Below are positions 34,573 to 45,407 of a DNA stretch of 64,000 nucleotides, one piece after another. Each line of letters opens with the position of its first letter. The first letter of the stretch is position 1. Under the pieces are notes generated by a model. The model saw only the letters and a program-made list of their open reading frames with translations, searched no databases and was not told where the DNA came from. A program made the translations under genes and the position numbers. The stretch covers positions 70,645 to 134,644 of the forward strand of contig CAWFGG010000011.1 of NCBI GenBank assembly GCA_963815325.1, read 5' to 3'. Source of the stretch: an uncultured Gemmatimonadales bacterium. GTDB lineage: Bacteria > Gemmatimonadota > Gemmatimonadetes > Gemmatimonadales > GWC2-71-9.

Positions 34573-36527
34573 GGTGTGGCGAACCCACACCCATTGTTAC
34601 TTCGGTCCACGTCCGGCAGTTGGGCGTCTGGATCGACCGTGGCACACTGGACGGTCCGGGGACCGGGAACCGACAGGGTATAGGTATCACGGCCAATCCA
34701 AATCTCGACCGGAAGCGAGAAGCGCTCCTTGGAGCCGTCGGTGAAGGTCGCCTCCACCTCCACCGGCATGACCAGCCCGCCCCGATTCGCGAGCCTGATG
34801 CGACTCCCCTGGTCACCGGTGGCCACCGAATCGACGGCCTGGTCCAGCACCTCGGTGCTGTAGAACCACCCGCGCCAGAACCAGCTCAGGTCCTCACCGG
34901 CGCCGTTCTCGATCGCCCGGAAGAAGTCCGCGGGCTCGGGGTGCTTGAAGGCCCAGTCGGCGATGTACTGCCGGAATGCCGGGTCGAACCGGTCCCGTCC
35001 GAGAACGACATCGCGCAACAGCACCAACCCCGCTCCCGGCTTGGCATAGGCGAGGAATCCAAGGTTCTGACCCATCATGTGATCGGGGTACGTCATGATG
35101 GGCAGCGTGGCATTGGGGGATTTCATTGCCCGGGCAATGCCCTCGGCGTTGGTACGGCCGGCTCGGCTGGCCTCCTCCCCATAGAAAGCCAGGTTGGAGT
35201 AGTGGTTGATGAAGGTGTTGAATCCCTCGTCCATCCACGCATACCGCCGCTCGTCACTGCCCACGATCATGGGGAACCAGTTGTGCCCCAATTCGTGGTC
35301 GGTCACGCCGAACAATCCCTGGCCGCGCGCGCGCACGGAGCAGAACACGATCATTGGGTATTCCATGCCGCCCACCGGACCTGCGACGTTGATGGCGACC
35401 GGATAGGGATATCGGAACCACTCGGTGGAATAGTATTTGATGGTGTGCAGCGAGTACTCGGTGGACCGCTCCCAGCCGGGATTCTCCTCGGTTCCGAGGC
35501 CCTCCTTGGGATAGGCCGACATGATGAGGACGTTGTCCCACGACGCGGCATCCCAAATGAACGACCGGCTCGCAGCCCAGGAAAAATCGCGCACATTCTC
35601 CGCGTGAAAACGCCAGGTGAGGGGGCCTTGGCCGGAGGGCCGTGTTGCCGGCGAACCCACTTCGTCGGGCGCAACCACGTACACTCGCTCGGAGCTTCGG
35701 CGAGCCCGATCGAGGCGTTGCTGTTGCTCGCGGGTGAGCACGTCGCGTGGATTCTGGAGTTCGCCCGTCGCCACAACGATGAAGTCTCGGGGAACCGTGA
35801 GCGCGACATCAAAGGTGCCGAACTCGAGGTAGAACTCGCCTGCCCCCAGGTACGGCATGGTGTTCCACCCGCTGACATCGTTGTAGACCGCCATGCGCGG
35901 ATTCCATTGCGCAATGGTGTAGAGCCAGCCGTCCGTGGTTTCCAGCCGCCCCATCCGGCCTCCTTGCGGCGGCACGACGAACGACCAGCCGATCTCGATT
36001 TGCACCATTCCGCCTCGGGCGCTCAAGGGACGTTCGAGGTCAATCCGCAGCCGGGTATCCGTAACCAGATAGTGCGGCTCGGCCCGCTGGCCGTCCTGCA
36101 CGATGGCCACCTGGTCAAACGCATAGCCCCCTTCGAACGGAACCCCGCCCCCCCGCTGGCCGAAGATATTCATGACGGCACCACGGCTGGTGGGGGCGAA
36201 GAGGTTCTGGTCGAGCTGCAGCCACAGGAAATGGAGGTCGTCCGGCGAGTTGTTGGTGTAGGTGATTCGTTCTCGACCTGCTATCCGGTGTGTTCCGGGA
36301 TCGAGGGAGACCTGGATGTCATAGTCGGCCCGTTGCTGCCAGTAGTCCGGCCCAGGCGCCCCGCCACCCGTGCGGACATCATTGGCCGGCGTCACCGCCA
36401 GAGGGGCGAACATCGCCTGATTACCCTCCGGGACGGAGCGCGAGGGCGGCTCCTGGCCCTCGAGTGACAGGGTGGCCGCCATGGCACAGGCGACGAGCGA
36501 AATGAGGGTTCGGACACCGGAGATCAT
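34569..36527 (-). CDS. secreted M1 family metallopeptidase
   Basis: The signal peptide is MISGVRTLISLVACAMAATLS. The zinc motif is HELGHNWF...WMDEGFNTF (HExxH-x18-E). Confidence 0.85.
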   Translation of the reverse strand: MISGVRTLISLVACAMAATLSLEGQEPPSRSVPEGNQAMFAPLAVTPANDVRTGGGAPGPDYWQQRADYDIQVSLDPGTHRIAGRERITYTNNSPDDLHFLWLQLDQNLFAPTSRGAVMNIFGQRGGGVPFEGGYAFDQVAIVQDGQRAEPHYLVTDTRLRIDLERPLSARGGMVQIEIGWSFVVPPQGGRMGRLETTDGWLYTIAQWNPRMAVYNDVSGWNTMPYLGAGEFYLEFGTFDVALTVPRDFIVVATGELQNPRDVLTREQQQRLDRARRSSERVYVVAPDEVGSPATRPSGQGPLTWRFHAENVRDFSWAASRSFIWDAASWDNVLIMSAYPKEGLGTEENPGWERSTEYSLHTIKYYSTEWFRYPYPVAINVAGPVGGMEYPMIVFCSVRARGQGLFGVTDHELGHNWFPMIVGSDERRYAWMDEGFNTFINHYSNLAFYGEEASRAGRTNAEGIARAMKSPNATLPIMTYPDHMMGQNLGFLAYAKPGAGLVLLRDVVLGRDRFDPAFRQYIADWAFKHPEPADFFRAIENGAGEDLSWFWRGWFYSTEVLDQAVDSVATGDQGSRIRLANRGGLVMPVEVEATFTDGSKERFSLPVEIWIGRDTYTLSVPGPRTVQCATVDPDAQLPDVDRSNNGCGFATP

Positions 36528-36649
36528 GGTTCACGCTCACACATGGAGGAATTGAATACTACGACCATACGGACCCACCCTGGTGGTGGATTCTATGAAA
36601 TCAGGAATCGGTTGGATGAAGAATCGAGGAAACGACTGGGAAGGACGGT

Positions 36650-38290
36650 TCAGGCCGGCCGGTTGCCCTCGGGCTGGGTCACCCGGCGCCAGGCCTGTGA
36701 GGAGGTGCGGGCCGGGGCCCTCCCTTGGCGCAGGAGTTCGAGATGGGGCGCAAATACATCCGCAAGTTGTTGTGCAAGGGAAACATCGGCGCGGGTGAAC
36801 GACTGCTTCCCGGTGGCGAGGAGTGTCATGGTTCCGAACACGCGCCCACCCACCCGCAATGGCACCACCACCGCCGCGCTTGGCTGGAGCGCCCCGGACC
36901 CTCCAACGGCGGGCGAACGACGCGCCTCGGCGAAGGCGTGACTCAGCTCGCCGTCGAGGACCCGTCCCAACTCCGTGCCGGTGTATCGCATGACCGGCAG
37001 CTGCGATAGCGGACGGGTTTCACCCGGTTCGAACACAACGACTTCCTCATCCCCCCCGAGCCGCAGTGCGAATTCACATTGCGTGAACGGCAGGACGGCC
37101 GCGGCTTCCTGGGCAACCAGGCGGGTGGCCGCGCTCAAGTGCGCGGTCGTGGCCAGGATTTCGGCGATGCGTCCCAAATGGGCCGGGGCGCTTCGCAGAA
37201 CTCCGAGATGGGACTGCAGCACATCGAGTTCCCAGGCCAGCATGAGGCCCTCCACCCGGGGCGAAACCACGGCGCCGATCCGACCAAGGAGATCAACGTC
37301 TTCCTCCCAGTAGAAGTCGGGGCCTGAGTTTCCGAGCAGCAAGTACCCCAGAACGCCTCCTCCCGACCCCCTCAGGCGAACGCCGATGACCGATCTGATC
37401 CGAAGTTCCTCGCCGGGATCCTGGCGGAACCCTCCGATCGGAGCTCGCCGGTCGGCCTGGACGTCCGTCACGAGTAAGTGGTCGGTGGGGTCGAACAGCC
37501 GGCCGGGCTCGAAATCCGATTGGGTCACGACCAGCGACGGATGCGACCACAAGAGCCCATGGACGTGGCCGCTCAATCGGTAATGCTGCTCGGCCGCCTC
37601 ATCGGGAATCAACAGCTCGATCGCGTCGTACGGGAGGACGTGTTCGATGGCCGACCCCATCAGCTGAGTCAGCTGGCGCGGTGTGACGGCATCCCGCATG
37701 GCCGCGCCGAGCGTGTCCATGAGGCCGTTGAACTCCCGGGTGGAAATCCCACTCGCTTCGCCTCGCTGGCGGTCCTCCGACGGGCCGTCCCCGACTGTTT
37801 CCACCCACTGCCGGGAGAGTCGGGCCAGGATGGGCCCAAGGTCTCCGGCGGCCTGCTCAATGAAGATGGCCTCAGGAGATCCGTATTCCCCGTGCCGAAG
37901 GTTCGCGACCAGGAGGAGACCCACGTCACGGCTCCCGTGGGGGATGGCAACGCAGATGGCCGACCCATAGCCTGCGTGCCGCACGGTTTGCTCAACCGCG
38001 TGGAGTTCCCGCTGGTCCACACGCGGGGTGGGGCGGGGAAGTTCGAGCGCGTCTGCGGCCAACGCCGGCGGACCGAGCAGGACCGCGGGGTGTTCCGGAG
38101 GATAGAGCCAGAGCGCCAGCAGATCGTGGGCAACCTCGGTGCCCACCATGCTCGACAGCGCCTCCCGCCAGGTCTCCAACGCCGTGTCGTCCCACCCGGC
38201 ACCATCCAGCCGGAGCAGAGGCACGCGGGCGCCAAAGTGGCTCTGCCAGGAGCCAGGGTTGGAGCCGTGGGAGCCGGGGTTGTCTTTCAT
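36650..38290 (-). CDS. multi-GAF-domain protein without a recognisable output domain
   Basis: 546 aa with three GAF-like modules. Repeated patterns include GLLLVANL, VLGYLLLGN and VFGTMTLLA near the module ends. Confidence 0.55.
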   Translation of the reverse strand: MKDNPGSHGSNPGSWQSHFGARVPLLRLDGAGWDDTALETWREALSSMVGTEVAHDLLALWLYPPEHPAVLLGPPALAADALELPRPTPRVDQRELHAVEQTVRHAGYGSAICVAIPHGSRDVGLLLVANLRHGEYGSPEAIFIEQAAGDLGPILARLSRQWVETVGDGPSEDRQRGEASGISTREFNGLMDTLGAAMRDAVTPRQLTQLMGSAIEHVLPYDAIELLIPDEAAEQHYRLSGHVHGLLWSHPSLVVTQSDFEPGRLFDPTDHLLVTDVQADRRAPIGGFRQDPGEELRIRSVIGVRLRGSGGGVLGYLLLGNSGPDFYWEEDVDLLGRIGAVVSPRVEGLMLAWELDVLQSHLGVLRSAPAHLGRIAEILATTAHLSAATRLVAQEAAAVLPFTQCEFALRLGGDEEVVVFEPGETRPLSQLPVMRYTGTELGRVLDGELSHAFAEARRSPAVGGSGALQPSAAVVVPLRVGGRVFGTMTLLATGKQSFTRADVSLAQQLADVFAPHLELLRQGRAPARTSSQAWRRVTQPEGNRPA

Positions 38291-38502
38291 AATAGGGACG
38301 GGGTAGCAGAAGTTGTGCCCGATCTTCCGGCGACCAGACGTAACACTCTGTGGTACATGTGATTAGGGGCAATGCCAACCGCACCTCGGCCGACCGGTCC
38401 CGGGGGGCTCAATCCCCTTCTTGCACTAACTACCGCGTGCTGCCCTAACGGCCTTTCCGACAGCGACTTGGCGTCTGTTCGGCTGCCGGGACGGGTCGCA
38501 AC

Positions 38503-38531
38503 TTGACATACCCCTCCCCCCTATATATTGT
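38503..38531 (+). promoter_or_regulatory. sigma-70-like promoter candidate of the cop operon
   Basis: TTGACA at 38503-38508, a 17-nt C-rich spacer, then TATTGT at 38526-38531 (overlapping TATATATT). It lies about 30 nt upstream of the GAGGAG ribosome-binding site of copZ. Confidence 0.4.
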
Positions 38532-38562
38532 TGTCTCCAAACCACTGCGAGGAGCATGCTGC

Positions 38563-38793
38563 ATGAAATCACTTTCCCTCACGATCGACGGCATGAGTTG
38601 CGGGCACTGTGTCAGCGCGGTCCGGCGCGCACTCGAGCAGATGAAGGCGGTGGAGGTCGAATCGGTAGACATCGGTCACGCCTCGGTTCGCTACGACCCG
38701 GGCGCGCTCGGGCCCGAGCAGGTCCTCGCGGCCGTCCGAGAAGCCGGCTACCGGGCCGCCGCGGCGGAACCGAGCGATCCGTCGGCCGTATGA
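38563..38793 (+). CDS. copZ: copper chaperone, heavy-metal-associated domain
   Basis: GAGGAG ribosome-binding site, ATG 38563, and the GMSCGHC metal-binding motif. Confidence 0.85.
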   Translation: MKSLSLTIDGMSCGHCVSAVRRALEQMKAVEVESVDIGHASVRYDPGALGPEQVLAAVREAGYRAAAAEPSDPSAV

Positions 38794-39194
38794 CCGCGTC
38801 CCAGTGGGTGGTAACGCTCGGCGGCGCCGGCGCGATCGCATGGGTGATCTACTACTTCTTCCTCGCCGCCAGAGCCGGGGCTACCGCACGGCTGGGCGCT
38901 GCCGGGGTCCAGCGGGTGGCGATCGAGGTCCTTGGCGGGTACGCGCCGTCGACGGTCACGGTCCGCCGCGGGCTCCCGGTCGAACTCGAGTTCCACCGCG
39001 CTGACACGGATAGCTGTACTGAGGAAGTGGTGTTGGAGGATTTCGGCATCCGGCAATATCTGCCGGCCTACCAGACGACGGCGATTCAATTCACACCCAC
39101 CGAATCGGGCACATTTGCCTTCAGCTGCGGCATGGGCATGGTGCACGGACGGCTGGTCGTTCAGGACGAGGTGTCGAATGACGGCCACAACTGA
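38790..39194 (+). CDS. membrane-anchored cupredoxin domain protein
   Basis: ATGA overlap with the copZ stop. The N-terminal TM is [20 protein letters not shown]-terminal [10 protein letters not shown] supplies Cys/Met/His ligands. Confidence 0.7.
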   Translation: MTASQWVVTLGGAGAIAWVIYYFFLAARAGATARLGAAGVQRVAIEVLGGYAPSTVTVRRGLPVELEFHRADTDSCTEEVVLEDFGIRQYLPAYQTTAIQFTPTESGTFAFSCGMGMVHGRLVVQDEVSNDGHN

Positions 39195-41415
39195 CCAGCT
39201 GGAGCATTGTGATATCCCCGTCACGGGTATGACCTGTGCCGCATGCAGCGCCCGGGTGCAGCGCGCACTCGAGCGCACCCCAGGAGTGAGTGCGGCCAAC
39301 GTGAATCTCATGACCAATCAGGCGACGGTCGATTTCGACCCGGGAACAATCGATCCGGTGGGGCTAGTCGAGGTCATCCGCGACACCGGCTACGGCGCCG
39401 AGGTCCCACGTGCCGAGGTGGCCCCTGAGGACCTCGTAACCGCACAGGATGAGACCCGTGCGGAGGAAATCACGACGCTGTGGCGGAAGGTCGTGGTGAG
39501 CGGGGTCGCCGCCGTGGTCGCCATGGGCCTCATGGTCATTCCAACCGGGTGGGATATGAGGATCACCAATCTGATCCTGCTGGGCATTTCACTCCCGGTC
39601 GTGTTTTGGGCGGGGCGCCATTTCTACACGAGAGCCTGGGCCGGGTTCAGGCACCACAGCGCTGACATGAGTACGCTCATCGCCGTGGGCACCGGAGCGG
39701 CGTTCGTGTTCAGCCTCGCGACGACTCTGGCAGCCGAGTGGTTCGCCGCACGAGGATTGGAACCACACGTGTATTACGAGGCGGTCGTGTGGGTCATTGC
39801 TCTGGTTCTGCTCGGCAACCTGCTCGAGGCCAAGGCAAAGGGACAAACCTCCCAAGCCATCCGCAAGCTGCTGGGACTTCGCCCGCGCACCGCGCGTGTT
39901 GTCCGGGACGGTGCGGAAGTCGAGGTTCCGCTCTCGGACCTGGCGGTGGGAGACGTCGTCGTGGTGAGGCCCGGCGAGAAGATCCCGGCCGACGGAACAG
40001 TGATCGAAGGGCGAAGCAACGTCGATGAGTCGATGCTCACTGGAGAGCCGCTCCCGGTCGACAAGGAGACCGGGGATACCGTGGTCGGCGCGACCCTGAA
40101 TCGAAACGGCGCGCTCAAGGTACGCATCACGGCAACGGGCGCCGGGACGGTGCTCTCGCAGATCGTGCGTTTGGTACAGCAGGCGCAAGGGACCAAGGCA
40201 CCGATCCAACATCTCGCCGACCGGGTCTCCGCGGTCTTCGTGCCTGTCATTCTCTGCATTGCCATCGCGACGTTCGTAATCTGGTTCGATATCGGCCCAG
40301 GTCCATGGTATGTCCATGCCCTGGCAGCGGCCGTGACCGTACTGGTCATCGCCTGTCCGTGTGCCATGGGCCTGGCGGTCCCTACCGCGGTCATGGTAGC
40401 CACCGGACGAGGAGCGGAACGGGGCGTCCTCTTCAAAGGTGGGGACGTCCTCCAGCGCGCCAGCGAACTGGACGTCGTAGTGGTGGATAAGACCGGGACG
40501 GTCACCGAAGGACGGCCCACGGTCACGGAAGTCATTGCCATCGCCGAGGACCGGGCGACGATCCTCCGGCTCGTCGCCTCGGTCGAGCGTCGGAGCGAGC
40601 ATCCGCTTGCGGAGGCCATCGTAGACGCCGCAGCCCGCGAGGGCGTCGAACTCGGCGAGCCCGAACGGTTCGAGGTGTTCGCGGGCCAGGGTGTGCTCGG
40701 CTCAGTGGAGGGACGGGAAGTCGTCATCGGAAACCCGGGGCTCATGCATGCGAGAAACGTCGACCCGGCACCTCTCGTGGATCGAGCCGATGCCCTTGCC
40801 GCCGGCGGTACAACTGCGGTGTTCGTCGCGCTCGATGGTGCGCTGGCCGGCCTGCTCGCGATTGCGGACCCCATCAAGGGTTCCAGTGCGGCCGCCATCG
40901 AGCGACTCCACCGGCTCGGGCTCGAGGTCGTGATGCTCACCGGCGATGCTCGGCGAACGGCCGAGAGCGTTGCCCGAGCGACCGGCATCGACCGGGTCAT
41001 CGCCGAGGTGCTTCCCGATGAGAAGCTCGCCGTCATTCGCCGCTTGCAGCAGGACGGCAAAGTGGTTGCCATGGTCGGAGACGGCCTGAACGACGCGCCG
41101 GCCCTGGCCCAGGCCGATGTCGGGATCGCCATTGGAACGGGCACCGATGTCGCCATCGAGGCGGGCGGGGTCACGTTGATGCGCGGCGACCTGGCCGGTG
41201 TGCCGCAGGCACTGGAGCTTGCGCGGCGCACGCTTCGGGTCATCCGGCAGAATCTGTTCTGGGCATTCATCTACAACGTGATCGGCGTGCCGATCGCGGC
41301 GGGGGTGCTCTACCCGGTCTTCGGGCTGCTGCTGACCCCGACCATTGCCGGAGCTGCCATGGCGGCCAGCTCGGTGAGTGTCGTCAGCAACAGCCTGCGG
41401 TTGAGAACGGCCTGA
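39178..41415 (+). CDS. copA: copper-translocating P1B-type ATPase
   Basis: ATG 39178. The N-terminal HMA motif is GMTCAAC. CPC (ACPCAMGLA), DKTGT and [10 protein letters not shown] are present. Confidence 0.92.
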   Translation: MTATTDQLEHCDIPVTGMTCAACSARVQRALERTPGVSAANVNLMTNQATVDFDPGTIDPVGLVEVIRDTGYGAEVPRAEVAPEDLVTAQDETRAEEITTLWRKVVVSGVAAVVAMGLMVIPTGWDMRITNLILLGISLPVVFWAGRHFYTRAWAGFRHHSADMSTLIAVGTGAAFVFSLATTLAAEWFAARGLEPHVYYEAVVWVIALVLLGNLLEAKAKGQTSQAIRKLLGLRPRTARVVRDGAEVEVPLSDLAVGDVVVVRPGEKIPADGTVIEGRSNVDESMLTGEPLPVDKETGDTVVGATLNRNGALKVRITATGAGTVLSQIVRLVQQAQGTKAPIQHLADRVSAVFVPVILCIAIATFVIWFDIGPGPWYVHALAAAVTVLVIACPCAMGLAVPTAVMVATGRGAERGVLFKGGDVLQRASELDVVVVDKTGTVTEGRPTVTEVIAIAEDRATILRLVASVERRSEHPLAEAIVDAAAREGVELGEPERFEVFAGQGVLGSVEGREVVIGNPGLMHARNVDPAPLVDRADALAAGGTTAVFVALDGALAGLLAIADPIKGSSAAAIERLHRLGLEVVMLTGDARRTAESVARATGIDRVIAEVLPDEKLAVIRRLQQDGKVVAMVGDGLNDAPALAQADVGIAIGTGTDVAIEAGGVTLMRGDLAGVPQALELARRTLRVIRQNLFWAFIYNVIGVPIAAGVLYPVFGLLLTPTIAGAAMAASSVSVVSNSLRLRTA

Positions 41416-41426
41416 GCGAGAAAGGA

Positions 41427-41783
41427 TTGCAGATGGATTCGACAGCTCCCACCACGGTCCCATGCGCCTGCGCCACCGAGGGTCCGGATCGTAAGGCCGT
41501 CGCGGTGGATCCCCACATCAAACGCGCGGTGCTGAATCGACTCCGCCGCATCGAAGGGCAGCTCCGCGGGCTCCAACGCATGGTGGAGGACGAGCGCTAT
41601 TGCGCCGACGTCCTCATGCAGATCTCGTCGGTGCAGGAGGCGCTCCGGGGCGCGGGGCGGGCGCTGTTGCGCAACCACTTGGCCCACTGTGCCACCGCGG
41701 CCATCCGCTCGGATGACTCCGCCAGGGCCGAAGCCATGTACGATGAGTTGGTGGACCTGATGTACAAGACGGCGGGGCGCTGA
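41427..41783 (+). CDS. csoR: CsoR/RcnR family metal-sensing repressor
   Basis: RLRRIEGQLRGLQRMVEDERYCADVLMQ...NHLAHC provides C-H-C ligands. The ~25-aa N-terminal extension contains CAC. Confidence 0.85.
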   Translation: MQMDSTAPTTVPCACATEGPDRKAVAVDPHIKRAVLNRLRRIEGQLRGLQRMVEDERYCADVLMQISSVQEALRGAGRALLRNHLAHCATAAIRSDDSARAEAMYDELVDLMYKTAGR

Positions 41784-41789
41784 GCGGAA

Positions 41790-43385
41790 CTAGGCTTTAG
41801 GAACGATGCCCTTGGGCCGGCGGAACATCCCCGTGGTACGGTGGGACGCGCGGTCCATATCCCGAATGACGGTGCTGGCTGCACCCAGCGTTACGAACCC
41901 ACCGACCAGGGCCACGATCGGCAGAAGCAGAATGGCCCGATCGATCCCAAACTTGTCGGACAGCATGCCCACAATCGGAAACGCGATTGCGTCGCCGACG
42001 AGATGGATGAAGAGGAGATAGGCTCCGATAACCGTCGCGCCGATCCGAGCAGGCACGACGTCGAAGATCACGGCTGAGAGGGGACCATTGTACCACGTCA
42101 GGAAGAAGAACGAGGCGCTGAACACCGGAACGAACAACCGAAGATCGCGCACCGTGAGCAGCCACAGTGCAAGGGTGCCGCCGGTCACGAGGCCGAACAC
42201 AATGGTGAGAACCCGGCCGATCCTGGTGTAGCGCCGCGTCCAGTCGGCCACGAAGCCCCCAACCAGCGTGCCGAGCGTGCCGAACAAGAGACCCCACTTG
42301 CCCAAGAGAACGGATGCGGCTGCCGGCGACAGCCCCAGCTCCCGCGAGGTGAACGTCGGGGCCCATCCAACGAGACCGTTCAAGCCGAACGAGATGAACG
42401 CTCCACCGACGAATAGATAGACCAAGGTCGGCGTGCGGAGCACGAATTGCATCGCACCGAGCATGTCCTCGAAGGCCGTGCCGACCTGCCCGCCAAACGG
42501 TGTTGCGTCGATGTGATCGGCCTGGATCTGCTTGACCCAGCGACGGATGTTGAACGCCAGTCCAAGACCGGCGAAGGCGCCGAACACCGCAACGTCGAGG
42601 TTGGACTCCGCACCGAACAGCTGGTCGAGCGCCACCGCCACCACACCACCGACGGTCGACCACACAATGACGGGGGTGAACTGGCGAACCGCGGTCGACA
42701 CACCGATCTCGAAATCTCGAAAGTACTTGCGGACTGAAATCGGGCCTGGCGGCCGGGTCGGGTCCTTGAGCCGGCCCGCCAGGATCGCGGCGAAGAACCC
42801 GGGAACCGCCACCGCCATGAATGCGACGCGCCATCCATATCGAGCCTCGAGCATGCCGCCCAGGAGGATGCCGAGGACCCCGCCAAGGGCGACCCCAGAC
42901 ATGAGAATGCCCATGGCAAGCGCGCGGCCGCGGCCAGGGTAGTAGTCGGCGACGAGGGACTGGGATGCCGGCCCATAGGCGGCCTCGCCGATGCCAACGG
43001 ACGCCCGGCAGAGGAACAACTGCCAGAAGCCCCGAACCCAGCCACTCATGAAGGTGAACGCACTCCAGAGGGCCACCCCACCCGAGATAACGGCGCGGCG
43101 GGAACGCAAGTCGCTCAACACCCCGAATGGGAGCGCCGACAGGGAAAAGACCAGTACATAGGCCGAGGCGAGCCACCCGAGTTGGGTGTCGGTCAACGAC
43201 AGGTCGCGCTTGATCGGTTCGAACAACGCGAAGATGACGTTGCGATCGAGATAGTTGAGGATATTGATGAACGCCAATAACGCGAGCGCGTAGCCGCTAT
43301 AGAGCGGACCGGGTCGCGTCGGTACGGCGGTGTTATCCGGCACGCGTGGGACCGACAGCTTCCTCGGCCTCTCTGGCGCGGGCAT
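41790..43385 (-). CDS. MFS transporter (Spinster-like)
   Basis: About 12 TM segments. LNYLDRNV and [10 protein letters not shown] motifs are present. The annotated start overlaps the upstream gene by 53 nt, so a downstream GTG start is possible. Confidence 0.8.
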   Translation of the reverse strand: MPAPERPRKLSVPRVPDNTAVPTRPGPLYSGYALALLAFINILNYLDRNVIFALFEPIKRDLSLTDTQLGWLASAYVLVFSLSALPFGVLSDLRSRRAVISGGVALWSAFTFMSGWVRGFWQLFLCRASVGIGEAAYGPASQSLVADYYPGRGRALAMGILMSGVALGGVLGILLGGMLEARYGWRVAFMAVAVPGFFAAILAGRLKDPTRPPGPISVRKYFRDFEIGVSTAVRQFTPVIVWSTVGGVVAVALDQLFGAESNLDVAVFGAFAGLGLAFNIRRWVKQIQADHIDATPFGGQVGTAFEDMLGAMQFVLRTPTLVYLFVGGAFISFGLNGLVGWAPTFTSRELGLSPAAASVLLGKWGLLFGTLGTLVGGFVADWTRRYTRIGRVLTIVFGLVTGGTLALWLLTVRDLRLFVPVFSASFFFLTWYNGPLSAVIFDVVPARIGATVIGAYLLFIHLVGDAIAFPIVGMLSDKFGIDRAILLLPIVALVGGFVTLGAASTVIRDMDRASHRTTGMFRRPKGIVPKA

Positions 43386-44508
43386 CGCGACCGATCATCA
43401 CCTCGCGGTAGGCCACGCGTAGGCGCTCCAACATCACCTCACGCTTGGGGTAGAGGCGTCGGAGTGGGCGTGGCGAATGCCGGTCGAGGGCGTAGGCGGT
43501 GAGAAGCGGCAAGGTCAGGGTGGCATCCCCGTAGACCACGACACTGCTCGGCAGCATCGCGGGGTCGATCTTACCCCAACTCACTGCCTCGGCGGGCGTT
43601 GCGCCCGATAGCCCACCGGTGTCCGGGCGCGCATCGGTCAGCTGGAGGAAATAGTCGTGGCCCCGGTCGTCGAGGCCCAAGATCTCTTGAATCTGCGGCT
43701 CGGTCTGGAGCAAGAAATTCTTGGGACTCCCGCCGCCGACGATGAACACGCCGCTCCGCCCGTCGCCTCGTGTCGCATGGTACACCAAGGCTGCGGTTTC
43801 ATTGACATCGGCGCTTACGTCGAAGCGCAGCTTGCTGCCGTGCATGGCCTGCTCGGCCACGTTCAATCCAATGGAGCTGTCTCCCGGCGAACTGGTGTAG
43901 ATGGGGACGTCCAACTCGTGCGCCACCGACAGCACCGACCGGCGCGACAGCCCCAATGCCCGCTCGCGCTCCCGGACATAGCCGCCCAGGAGATAGTGGT
44001 ATTCGGCGGAACTCATCGAGCGCTGGAATTCAGGGCGCGCCGACACCTGCCGGATGAAGTTGTCAGTCGAGAGCAAGACACCGAAGTCGAAAAACACGTC
44101 GTAGATTCGCACCACGCCCTGCTCACGCAGCTCGACGTCATCGGCGTGCGGCGTGCCGCGGTGCATGGCCAAGCCCAGCCCGAAGTGGGCATCGTGATAG
44201 AGGTTGGCCCCGGTCGAGACGATCCAGTCCACAAAACCGGCTTCCATGAGCGGTATCAGCACACTCATGCCGAGTCCCGCGGGGGTCAGGGCACCGGTGA
44301 TACTCAGACCCACCGTGACCTCCGGGGCCAGCATCCGGTCGCTGAAGAGCCGGCATGCCTCCCGCAGACGACCGGCGTTGTAGGCCAAATACGCCTTCTC
44401 GATGAGGTCCGCCGCCGACTCTCGGCCGGTGATCCCCTCGGGGTCGATCCGTTCGCCTCGCAGATACGATGCGGAGGGCCGGCCGTGCTCGGCAGCGTGA
44501 TCGCTCAT
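43333..44508 (-). CDS. deoxyhypusine synthase-like protein
   Basis: [28 protein letters not shown] and GGGSPKNF are present. 391 aa. Confidence 0.8.
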   Translation of the reverse strand: MSDHAAEHGRPSASYLRGERIDPEGITGRESAADLIEKAYLAYNAGRLREACRLFSDRMLAPEVTVGLSITGALTPAGLGMSVLIPLMEAGFVDWIVSTGANLYHDAHFGLGLAMHRGTPHADDVELREQGVVRIYDVFFDFGVLLSTDNFIRQVSARPEFQRSMSSAEYHYLLGGYVRERERALGLSRRSVLSVAHELDVPIYTSSPGDSSIGLNVAEQAMHGSKLRFDVSADVNETAALVYHATRGDGRSGVFIVGGGSPKNFLLQTEPQIQEILGLDDRGHDYFLQLTDARPDTGGLSGATPAEAVSWGKIDPAMLPSSVVVYGDATLTLPLLTAYALDRHSPRPLRRLYPKREVMLERLRVAYREVMIGRDARAREAEEAVGPTRAG

Positions 44509-45236
44509 CGATGTACCCCTTGTTGGCGGGATCGCAGGATATGATCGACGACTTCGGCGGGATCGTCGGTCAGATGGAACAACAGCAAGTCGGGCTCGTC
44601 GATCTTCTTCTCCCTCGCAACCGTATCACGCAACCAGTCGACCAAGCCGCTCCAGTACGTGGGACCGAACAGCACCAGGGGAAAGTTCTTCACCTTGCCG
44701 GTTTGGATCAGGGTCAGCGACTCGAACAGCTCGTCCATGGTCCCGAACCCGCCCGGGAACACCACGAACGCCGTTGCGTACTTGATGAACATCATCTTTC
44801 GGACGAAGAAGAAACGAAAGTTGATGCTGCGCTCGAGATAGGCATTCGGTTTCTGCTCGAAGGGCAGTTCGATGTTGCAGCCGATCGACAAACCCCCGGC
44901 CTCGCTGGCGCCCCGGTTGGCAGCCTCCATGATGCCGGGACCGCCGCCGGTAATGACCGGAATGTTTGCCTCCGCCAACAACCGACCGACCTCCCGGGCA
45001 GCTTGGTAGGACGGATCCGTGGGCGGGACCCGCGCCGAACCGAAAATCGACACGGCGTCGAAAATGTCGCCGAGGGAATCGAACCCTTCAACGAATTCAC
45101 CCATGATGCGAAAGACTCGCCAGGGGTCGGTCTTGCGCAGCGCATCGGGCCGTTCGACCAGCTCGCCACTCTCGAGCAGAACTTCGTCCTCGGTGGGACG
45201 CTTGTGGTTATGAAGCCTACGGTAAGGACTGGCCAC
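44505..45236 (-). CDS. LOG family (TIGR00730) Rossmann-fold nucleotide phosphoribohydrolase
   Basis: [16 protein letters not shown] and [12 protein letters not shown] are LOG signatures. ATGA overlap with the next gene. Confidence 0.85.
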   Translation of the reverse strand: MASPYRRLHNHKRPTEDEVLLESGELVERPDALRKTDPWRVFRIMGEFVEGFDSLGDIFDAVSIFGSARVPPTDPSYQAAREVGRLLAEANIPVITGGGPGIMEAANRGASEAGGLSIGCNIELPFEQKPNAYLERSINFRFFFVRKMMFIKYATAFVVFPGGFGTMDELFESLTLIQTGKVKNFPLVLFGPTYWSGLVDWLRDTVAREKKIDEPDLLLFHLTDDPAEVVDHILRSRQQGVHR

Positions 45237-45407
45237 GGGTCATCGCTCGCGCCGCCCATAGCCCGGGCGGCTTTCGTATTGGGAGGTTTCGCGGCGCCCG
45301 GCCTCTCCGGGCGCCTGGCCAAGCACGGGCAGGGAATATATGCCCTCGGCCTGCCGAGGACACGCCTCGTTCCGAGATGGCCGCGTCGGGCGTTATGTTA
45401 GGGCGGC

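Noticed and set aside
33750-36467. 905-aa ORF on the + strand, the longest in the track
   Set aside because: It runs antisense to the well-supported M1 peptidase gene (HExxH-E motif) and out of frame through znuB. Its Arg/Gly/Pro/His-rich composition has no motifs. This is a typical shadow ORF of high-GC DNA.
38509-38523. A C-tract (ATACCCCTCCCCCCTAT) considered as a CsoR operator
   Set aside because: CsoR boxes pair a C-tract with a G-tract in inverted orientation. Here only the short ATA/TAT ends are symmetric. I mention it in the cop finding but do not call it as a site.
39774-41270. 498-aa ORF antisense to copA
   Set aside because: copA carries all the P-type ATPase signatures. The antisense ORF is Ser/Thr/Ala/Arg/Pro low-complexity sequence.
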